A DNA stretch of 64,000 nucleotides from Chrysomallon squamiferum (lineage: Eukaryota; Animalia; Mollusca), in assembly GCA_012295275.1 (NCBI GenBank), contig CM022678.1, forward strand, positions 15,872,001 to 15,936,000, given 5' to 3'. Positions 26,455 to 37,237 of this stretch are shown in pieces. A program made the translations under genes and the position numbers. Under the pieces are notes generated by a model that was given only the letters and a program-made list of their open reading frames with translations, made no database searches and was not told where the DNA came from. Within the stretch, counting starts at the first letter, position 1, and each line of letters starts with the position of its first letter.

Positions 26455-28960
26455 GTCTGTGTGTTGGCTTTGAATAAACAGCTAATTTGGGTTATATCTA
26501 TCCTTATACCTATATTAAAAAAAGAGTGCATGGAAGCTGGATTAAGCAGTATGCTAGTAGATTAAAATATCAAAAGCTGTATATAGGTTATAAACTACAC
26601 TGGAAATATTAATTCTGTTTCAGCATGGGCCATTCACTCTGTGTGCTTATTATAAATCCATACAACTGGTGTAAATCTGAGTTTTAATTATTTTATTTCA
26701 AAATCTATTTATCCTAAAGCAAATGTCTTTTTGATTTGCACATTATATGTGATTTGTCATTAAAACAAAACTATTAAGAAAGAAAGAAAGGAAAGCAGAA
26801 AAAATATTGTGTAATTATTTTGTTCCATGGAACTTTGTATTCACAGAAATAAAAGTAAAATCATGATTATTATATAAATATAGTTTACCATTCCTTATTT
26901 TAAAAGATACAACTGGATTATGATTTCAGTGATTAAAAAAAATAGATTTTTTTTTTTTTTTTTTTCTGGCATGAATAAAAATATTTATCAAAATAAAAAA
27001 AGGATGCAACAATTAAATGATGTATCAGTTTAACAGTTCAGAAATTAAATTTTTTACAATATGAATAGTATTCAGCTAACTTGAGGAATCTGTTTGAAAA
27101 AACTTAAGAAAGTTATTTCTTGTTGTTATTATTCGTTCATTCATTCATTTATTTTATGCCTGTGAGATATTATTACTTTTTTTATCTCATTTTTATGTTA
27201 TTTTTGAGGTTTATAGAATATTTCTTTTCTTTATTTTCTGCAGTCATAACCTGAACATTTCTGAAACAGGTCTCATAACAGAAAATGATTTTATCATTAG
27301 TTTCATTTTACATTATTTAAAATTATATAAATGTCACATATCACAAAAGGTTCAACACAAGTGTATACTGACAATGATGTAACTAATTTCTATGGTTTAA
27401 AATTTAAAAAAATATAATGTAATATAAAGTCTATGAGAACTGGGTGGATCTGATAATATACTGAAAATATCAGTCAGTATATTAATGTAAAAATAATTCC
27501 AATCAGAAAAATGTTATGGTCAAAGTAAATGAAAAGTTTGCATTCATCTGTCATGTACCTACTGCCATGACTTTCTGATGGTTAAAAAAGAGGCCCATTC
27601 AAGGCAATTAATAAATTTTAATTACAATAATAATGTTAATTTTTTTTTTTCCTTTTTCTTTCAACAACTGTCATGCTGCAAAAACAAATTTATATATACC
27701 CTAAAACAATTTTTAATGTTTACTATTTTACACACTCTTCATATTTTCAACTGTGCTCATAAAACAAATTTATAAGTGCACTTGGAATCCTTAATAGGCC
27801 TCTGCTGGAGCAATAGATATATCAGTTAATGATTTTAAATGTACTTATGTAAACTTCATGCCATAGCCTACACCTAGTAGCAACTAATCAACAAATAATC
27901 GACAGACCTGTTTTATTTGTTACCTGGGAAATACAGGTGTGACAACTTTGAGAATGTTACTGAACTCTGTTCTTGAGTTTCATTTAACATCTCCTCATGT
28001 TGTCTTCAAGAAGGTAAGTAATTTTTACTTACTTTATTATTATTATTATTATTATTATTATGTAGATATAAATATTGTAAATATGTTTTTCTTACTTTAT
28101 AAATATATGACAATTGTCACCTTATTATTATTATTATTATAATGGAGATATAAATATTGTGAATATGTTTTTCTCACTTTATAAATATGTAAATAAGTTT
28201 TCCTTACTTTATTATTTAGAAAACATTATAAAAATTGTGAATTTCTTCCTTTTGTAATTTTTACAAATGTCATTTTATTGAACATAAATTTGGATATTGT
28301 TTTGGTTGAATTATTATAAAATGTGGTACTCATTTTTTCTGAAAATTTTACAAACAGAGAAAAAAGAATTATTTCAATATAAAAAACCAATACATTTTAT
28401 TATTAAATTGATATGAGTAATAGTTGTTTAATATTTGATGTTAATTTCTTTTTAATTTTGATAAATATTATTATTACAAGAAAAAGATTATTATTATTAT
28501 AATTATTTGGGATCAGTACATAAAATTAGCATGAATTCAAAAATTTAATTCATATTATTGGAAATTGTTTTCTTAACAGTTTAAAATATGAAACACTCCA
28601 TTTGTATTCATCCATGCAATTTTTTCTAAAGATACTTTTTACACAGAAATAAATAAATGAAACACTTAAACTTGAAATGGAAATTAAATTAGATGTTGAG
28701 AAAGAAATCTTTATGCAGATATTTACTGTGATACTTTAGCATATTGCAAAAAACAAAAAAAAAAAAAAATAATAGAAATAAAATAATAATAATAAGAATT
28801 AGAAGAAGAATTTAAATATTTTATAACTGTAAGTTTTTTATCTGACTGAATCTCCTAATATTAAATTTATTTTATTTATTTATTTATTATTATTATTATT
28901 ATTTGTTTTTTATTATTATTATTATTATTATTTTGGTTTTTCTTGGTCAGTTTATACAAC

Positions 28961-31488
28961 ATGGGCAGTGGTCAGACTAAAGGACAAAACAGTATTCATG
29001 CCGCTGCACAAAGTCCTAGAAAAGACAAATACAACATACTGCCACATATAAATGTCAATCAGAAATCCAGCCGCAGATCAGAATATGCTCCACAAAAACA
29101 CAATCTGAGTCAAAGACAGAAAGGAACCAACAACCAGAGTTCTAAAGGGATTGCAGAATATCATTCAGTCAATCACAAATACACATCCAGAACAGAACCA
29201 GCCAATCACAAACCTACACCTAGAGCAGAACCAGCCAATCACAAACAGATGCCTAGAGCAGAACCAGCCAATCACAAACAGATGCCTAGAGCAGAACCAG
29301 CCAATCACAAACCAACAACTAAACCAGAACCAGCCAATCAGAAACTAACACCTAAACCTGAACCAGCAAATTACAAACCAACACCTAGGCCAGAACCAGC
29401 AAATTACAAACCAACACCTAGGCCAGAACCAGCCAATCACAAACTAACACCTAGACCAGAACCAGCAAATTACAAACCAACACCTAGACCAGAACCAGCA
29501 AATTACATAAATACATCTAGACCAGAACCAGTTGATCACAAGTCTGTGCCTAGACCAGTACCAGCCAATCAAAGTCCACAACAACAGAGATCTACCGATC
29601 AGAAATCACAGCAGTTTGTACACTTTGAAGATCAGTTAGAATGGGAAAAAAAGAATGACAGATTTGATCACCTCTCACTTTATGACCTAGATGATGAAGA
29701 TTCTGTGAAGAAGACATCAAACTGGGAGGATCCAAGAAACTTTCAAAGTGAGAAACAAAATGTACAACATCTGTCTTCAAGAATTGCAAAAAGTTATGAT
29801 GAGATTGACGAACTGAGCCAAGAAGACATCAACTCATTTAACAAAAGATACATGAACACTCCAAGATGTAAGTTTTTAATAAGGTAGAAGAATCATTATT
29901 CACTGTCATATAAACTACTGAAATATTGCATTAGTTTCAGTTAATTTTTCTCTTTTCTTTTTAAATAATTTTGAAATATATAAATTAACTAATGAATGAA
30001 ATAATTTTTTTTTAAAAACCCACCAAAAAACAAACAATACTAGGAAAATCCATGCTCATGCAATATTACCTATTGTTGTTAAAGCAAAATTCACAATTAA
30101 AGGCAATGCAAATCATTAATTTCCGAACCAATAAGAACAATGGCTTCTTCTGTCTCAGATAACTAATGTTCAAATTATAAAAATTTCTTTCTTAATAATT
30201 AAAAGTAGTTGATTGTGTGTATAGTTAAATTCATGTGACAGATATCAAACCAGTCAAGCACTTTTTGGTTTTATGAAATCTCTGACTAACCATTCCTAAT
30301 GCATTCATTAATTCCTACAGACCATTCAGTTAGTGTATCTTTCTTTTCTTTTCTCTTTCTTTTTTCTTTTTTTCAGTGAAAAAGGAAAAGATTGAGACAG
30401 CTCTGAGATCCAGTCGTGTTCCAGAAACAAAGGTTCGACATCTGGCTGCTCACATTTCTCACATACCTGGTGATGATGGTACTACAGCTCAAGAACATGA
30501 ACTCAACACCACAGAGAAAATACTGCGAAAGACGATCAGCCACCAGTTAGACCCCATACTGCATGGAACACTAGGCAAAACTAATCTGAACCACTACGAG
30601 CAAAACCCACAGGGTCTGGCGAAAAAGGTGTCAGAAATGATACAGCAAGTTGACCTTGACCTTCAGAATTGTCTGGACAACCTTGACACTAAAGAAGATA
30701 AAGGTGACATGTCAGATGGTGATGTTAACGATTATCAACACAACAAAGGAAAACATGGACGAGCTGTCAGACAGACAGATGGACAAAAGACAAAAGAAAA
30801 TGAAAAGATGTTTGAGAACAAGAAATCGTTAACTCTAACTATCCAGAATGGCATTCGAAGCATGAAAACTAATTATGAAATTTTGCTGGAAAGATATGAA
30901 ACTGTGATGAGAGAAAATGAACAGATTGGATCAAACAATGAGAAAAACGAAGCCAACGCCTTAAGATTTCAGGAAGAGAACCTCAAACTGGAGAAAGCAA
31001 TGAATGCTCTGAAGCAAAAACTGAATCACTCCTTTACAGAGCTGGAACAAGCCAGTGTGGTTCATGATAAACTGAAAATGAAAATCAAAGAATCTGAAAT
31101 TGAGAAGACTAATCTAATACAGCAAAATGAAAGACTTCTTGGCTTGACAAAAGGTCTGACAAGAGAACTGAACAAACTGCAGGATGAGGTAACACAAACT
31201 GCAGTGGAGAATATTCGTCTAACCAAGGAGTTCCGCAAACTTCAGGAGCCTGACAAGAAAATCAAGCAACAGATACTGAGAATGGAATCAGAGCTTCAGG
31301 AGCTGAGGACTCAGAACAGGAGACTTGAGAATGAGAAAGGAACCATCAGAGCAGCACTTCAGAAACTGGAGGCCACTTATGAAGTGACGCAGGTGGACAG
31401 GAAATACCTTGCAAGGGAGAAAGAGGCTTTGGTTAAAGAGATGAATAATCTGAAAGCTGAAAAACGAAAGTTAATTCTTTCTGGATAA
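28961..31488 (+). CDS. G5: predicted N-myristoylated protein with 11-aa Pro-rich tandem repeats, shared core and long coiled coil, about 672 aa, 2 coding exons
   Basis: Exons 28961-29867 (T|GTAAGT, phase 1) and 30377-31488 (long pyrimidine tract, TTTCAG|). Starts MGSGQTK. The start of exon 2 aligns with G4 exon 3. A 5' UTR intron spans 28014-28950. Confidence 0.85.
29170..29570 (+). repeat. Coding 33-bp minisatellite (EPAN[H/Y]KPTPR[A/P], about 12 copies) inside G5 exon 1
   Basis: In-frame 33-nt unit of type agaaccagccaatcacaaaccaacacctagacc. Confidence 0.95.
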
Positions 31489-32183
31489 AATGATTTTTTG
31501 AACTATGATATGCCACTAAACCATAATAACTGAATGAGTAGTAGGAATTTCAAATACAGAGATATATGAATAATTTCATAAATTTACACACAGGGAATAC
31601 TTTGGCTATCTAACTCACATTCTCAGCCTTAATTTTGTAAATTTTGTCACTTTTGGCAATTTATTCTCAGAACTGATTTGCTTAATGTATGTATATATAA
31701 TCAACAACAAAAAAAAAAAGGCTTGTTAAAAATAGATATATTTTATGTACTATTAAATGTTTTGTGTCATTATTTATGTTTTAGTGTAGATTTATATATT
31801 AAACAAACAAAATTTGTTTATAAAATGTCATATTTCATCTAATAATAAATATTGCATGTAGACCTGACTAGCTTATTATTTTACAAGTAGACAATACATT
31901 TCATGTACACATACAAAACCAAGCTTGGGTTTCTGAATTTTCTAGATTTTCTGGACTAAAGCTTAATATATAAACAATTAAAAGTAAAGAACAAAACTGA
32001 GTTCATCAGATACAAACACTCCTAAAGCCAATTTTCTGGAAACCATACAAATGGTCTGCTTATATAAAAACCAAAGCAAAATAAATATATAATTAAAAAT
32101 ACTTGTAAATACAATATTAATTTTCTTTTTTTTTAAAGTAAAATAAAGATGATGTAACATAATAATGTTTGTTATAAACTTAC

Positions 32184-32847
32184 CATTTTTCTCTAGTCTC
32201 TCATGACTCTGTGAAACATTTTGAAAATTATTCTTTATGTCAGTAATCTTCTTTTCAAGAGATGACAACTCCTCTATCTGTTGCTCTGCTGAACATTTCT
32301 GGGATTGAAGTAGTCTTTCTTCTTCTCTTAGTTTCTTTTCTAGTGAGTATTTGGAAAGCTGAAGAAAAAATATATAAAGGAATAGAATAATCACCATATT
32401 TACAAACAAAAATAACAAAAGATCATTCATTCATTCATTCTCTCTCTCTCTCTCTCTGCTGTTATTAATAAATTAATTAAATATTAAACTTTAAACTATA
32501 AACTGTTTCAGCATGTATCTGGTAATATAGAGAGAAGGAAACAGCTATTTACTACTTTTTTGTTTCTTAACCTTCACATTTCTAATTTTAGTTAATATTT
32601 ATATAAGTAAAATATAGGTATTATTTAACTCTTCTAATTAATTAATTCAGACCATTCATAACTGTGCAAACCTGCAGAATTCTTACTTCATCCTTTAGAG
32701 ACTTCATTTCTTTTTCTCCACACTCCCGATAAACAATCAACTGTTTCTGTTTTATATGAAAAATTACTTATTTTAATAATAATATATGAAGAACAACATT
32801 AACAACAAAACAGAATAACAAAAATAACAACAGTAATAATAATTTTA

Positions 32848-32899
<52 letters not shown>

Positions 32900-33401
32900 C
32901 ATAACTACAATGAAAATAAAAATGAGAAGCAAAAAGAAGAAAAATTAAAACCATGTATAATTTATTATTTATTATAATAAAAACATTTCAAATTCAAAAC
33001 TGTAACTGCTTATTAAGTGCACACACAGAGTTATTTTCTTAACAAAATATTTTATTAAAATCTCTAATTGACAAGACTGCATTCATTTTTAATAAAAAAA
33101 ATAGTTCAGAATCTTATCTCTTTTAAGGTAACTTGTAGCTTACTGTTTACATACATTTTCTCCTTCCACTAAATGTATTTTCTCCTCAAACCCTCTCTTC
33201 ATTTCATTTAACTGACGTTTGTGTTCACCAAACAGTGACTGGATTTTTTGTTTTTCCATGTCCTAACAATAATTAATTAATTAATTAATTCAAAAATATT
33301 TGTAGCTGTAGTAACTATAATAGCTATCACATGAATGTTAACGAGTAATCAAAATGGCTGCATTGTGCTGTGTAATTAAAACAGATAATAATAATACTAA
33401 T

Positions 33402-33455
<54 letters not shown>

Positions 33456-34409
33456 CAATCAAATTAAATTAAATATAAAATGATCTGTAATAGCTATTAA
33501 AACTCACAACATTTAATCTGCTTCACATAGGCACATGGGAACTCTTTGGTTAAGAGGGCCAGATTTGCACTATATGTTACACATTTGTTCCCAAGTATTC
33601 CTAACTTTGTTGTGCAAACCTTGAAGGGCAATTTCTCTCGCTCTTCCCGTAGTTCTAAAATCATCCTGCTTCATTTAATATTTTTCAAGGTGTTAATTTA
33701 TTTAAAAGATATTTAATTAAAAAAATAATGATGTTGAATATATCTATAATATACTAATAAGTCTATAGCAAGGAAAATATTAACTCTAATAATAAATATA
33801 TTTACACATTTTCGCTCCAGTTCATACTTTTCCTGCACTAACTGTTTAATCCGTGCTTCATTTTCAAAGTCACTGCTCTACAAATGAAATAATTACCATT
33901 AATATTCAAATTTAAACAATGAGAATCGTGTCTCCAAAACACATTTTAAGAAATGTTTTTGTTTATCACCATAGTGTATCATCAGAATAGCTATATTTTG
34001 TTTTATCTATATATCTATCTGTTTATGTATTTATTTACCTATCTATCTTTATAAATATATATATATATATATTATGTTTAAAATTAACCAAAACACATAA
34101 ATAATATTATTGAGAATTATTCAGGAACTTCTTAATAGATATAAAAATCAAAACATCTTTTTAACATCGACTTTAAACCTTTGAAAATAGATATAACTAA
34201 TAATTGACCTTTACAACACAGCAAAAAAGAACAGCTTTACATAAATAAGTGAAAAAATAAAAACATACTCTACGGATTTTTAGCTCTTCCAAAATTTCAA
34301 TAAGAAAACTTCTGAGGCGGAAGTATTCAGCATAACTGAAATCGTCTGAGATTTTGTCAGCATTGATTAACTGAGAAGAATCATCATTCTCAGAGTGATC
34401 TTCAGACAT
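32184..34409 (-). CDS. CCDC73: CCDC73-like coiled-coil protein, first five coding exons (about 190 aa); 3' continuation not identified
   Basis: Exons 34409-34269, 33877-33806, 33262-33155, 32746-32672 and 32358-32184, all GT-AG and in frame. LRSFLIEILEELKIRR, EKEMKSLKDEVRILQLSKYSLEKKL and SHERLEKN match my recollection of the CCDC73 N-terminus ([45 protein letters not shown]). Confidence 0.8.
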
Positions 34410-34799
34410 GTTGAAATCTAAAAGAATAGTAATAGTAGTAGTAGCAATAGCTAAAATAATAATAATTAGTAGTAGTAGTATCATCATCAATATCCTCATC
34501 ATCATCATCATCATCACCATTATTAAATAAATAAATGAATAAATAAAAAATGTTACAACCGGTAATCACATAATTTTCATAAACTATTTGAATGTGCCAC
34601 ACCCACAGTGTTTTGTCGTTATGTTTATATTAAAAATTCATGCTGATTTGCAATAAGCAGTTGTTTAAAAATATATTTTATTGATTTACAGGCAATTTTA
34701 TAATGTGGAAATGCTCATTCAAAAGAAAGTCTATTTAAATTTATACATTTAATAATTTAAGAACTAAATTTTAAATAATGTAAAACACTAATAACTTCA

Positions 34800-35163
34800 T
34801 TTACTCGACAACCGTTACAAATTAATTATCACGTCGATTTTGACAGCTGACATTTTCTGACCGTACAGAAAACCTATTATATTTAGTGTATTTTACTCAG
34901 GATTACGGTATAATAACTCAACAGTAATATAGCCGTTTAAAGTTAATTATATTATTATTTAGAAATGTAACTGGATGCTACAATTATTATCTGAATTATA
35001 AAAATTAATCTGAAACATAAAATCAAAAATGACCGCTTCTCGCTCTTTTCTACCTTTTTGTAAGTTTGTACTCTGACCCATTCATTGGTGCACCAATACC
35101 AAATTTTGTTCAACCGACCAGGAAGTATGAATGACATACCGAAACAATATATATAATTTTATT

Positions 35164-35216
<53 letters not shown>

Positions 35217-35460
35217 GTATGTTTTTGTTCGTTTATTTTTATTTTTTAAAATAATTTTAAAATGAAATAAATTTGCCGTAAATATTAGATTAAAAAAGTT
35301 ATACAACACTGTATTGTAAATATTACTTCCTCCACTGATGGAAATAGGTTTCAGGAACGCAGACGTCGGTAAGGCTGTGGCTGAGATGAAAAAAAAAAAG
35401 TGAATGCAATACATTTTTGTGCTCATTTTCACAGGACGACACCAATCAGAACGTTATAGA
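34800..35460. promoter_or_regulatory. Probable bidirectional promoter between CCDC73-like and RIOK3
   Basis: Head-to-head genes with local CpG enrichment. ATTGG-tgca-CCAAT palindrome near 35085-35098, ETS-like CAGGAAGT near 35119-35126, CCAATCAG near 35442, and a candidate RIOK3 5' UTR donor G|GTAAGG at 35369. Confidence 0.5.
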
Positions 35461-35608
35461 CTTTTTATAACGATATAAAATAATCTATTTCCAGTTACAC
35501 TATTGTTTTTGTAATAATAATAATAATAATAATAATAGAGAAAAAAATATATAGCCTGTGTGCGTGCGTGCGTGCGTGTGTGTGTGTGTGTGCGTGAAAC
35601 TCCTTTAA

Positions 35609-35996
35609 AAAGCGAAAACAAATTGAAAATTAAAAGTATAGGGAGATGCAGTTCCCACGCATTCTCCCCATTTCCATCACTGACATCATCGAGACTGCAG
35701 ATATTGATATCATTTATTTATTTATTTATTTATATTTATCTCTACCGACCTAATCTTGTGCCTTTCTTGACAGTTGGATTTTCTTATTGGACAATAGAAA
35801 GCGGACACAAACTGAAAATTAAAAGTACAGGGAGATGCAGTTCCCTGCGTTCTCCTCATTTCCATCATTGACATCACCGAGACTGCAGATATCGCTATCA
35901 TTATTTATTTATTTATTTATTTATTTGTCTTTATCTTTATCTTTACTGACCTAGTCTTATACCTTTCTTGACGTTTGGATTTTCTTATTGGACAAT
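35609..35996. repeat. Tandem duplication of a roughly 190-bp unit
   Basis: aaagcg..gaaaattaaaagta.agggagatgcagttccc...gagactgcagatat...ttggattttcttattggacaat is present twice (about 35609-35794 and 35798-35996). Confidence 0.9.
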
Positions 35997-36741
35997 TTTT
36001 AAACTCGATGATATTAACTAGACAATACTTAGATTTAAAGGCAAATTATTTTATCATTTTCATCTAAGTAAAACATTGTTTTTTGTTTACACTTGTAAAG
36101 CTTTTATTCAATATATGTTATAAATAATGCTAATATTATCCTGTAAATTAACTTATGTGTTTTTTTACTGAATGACAATTACTATGTAGAAAATACGATA
36201 TTGCTCAACTTCAAACAGCTGTGGTGCAATTGTTGTTTTGTTGTTTTCATATTTTTCTCTCTTTTTTTTTCTCCCTTTCCGTCTATTTCTTACTAAATAT
36301 AAACTGCTGTAACCTTTTATTTATAGAAATTATTTCATAACAGCTAATCCAGTATAAATAAATTCATTATTATAATTATTCAGTAATTATCCAGGAAGGT
36401 CACTTGGTTACATTATTCATACTAGTTAAAAATTGCTGGCGTAGATTTAGATCGCTCACAGCTCAGTCTTCATTATACCAGAATTGATAGCAAACTGCCA
36501 TACAGAAACAACAGGTGAGAAATTATTAATCACTATATTCATCAGTTATCTGTAAAGAGTGTGAGATAAATTAACTTTTGTAAATAATATTTTTTCAGAC
36601 TTAGCCATTTTGTTTCCTTGTCAATAAGTCAATACTCAGTGTCAGTCTTTTACCTGAATGACACTTGAATATTTTCTCTAACAACCAATGGTTTTAGATA
36701 ATGACAATAAAGAAGTATAAGTTGATTAAGTAAATTGTAAA

Positions 36742-36785
<44 letters not shown>

Positions 36786-36913
36786 CTTTACATGTTACTA
36801 TATATATAATATTATATAGTGAATGTAAAGAATAGATATATAGATAATATAGGCTATAAATATATATGATGAATTATAAATATGTATAATTGTATATATA
36901 ATTTTATATAAAT

Positions 36914-36962
<49 letters not shown>

Positions 36963-37237
36963 ATCTTTCCTTGTATTTAACTAGAAGAAATACAATATTT
37001 TTATTAGCTAAAATGATGATGTGGGTTTTCTAGTTATTTATTTAAGAACAAAGATTGTAAATTAAAATAAAAAATACTAAGCTGATAATGGTTTAAGATG
37101 TATGTTAACTAAATCTGTTTATCTAATTAAACCCATACTTAATTTTTTCAAAAATAAACAATTTATATATTTTAGGGGATTTTTATTTATCTTTTATTTA
37201 TTTATTAAGAAACTCAAAAGAACATTCCACTTCAAAT

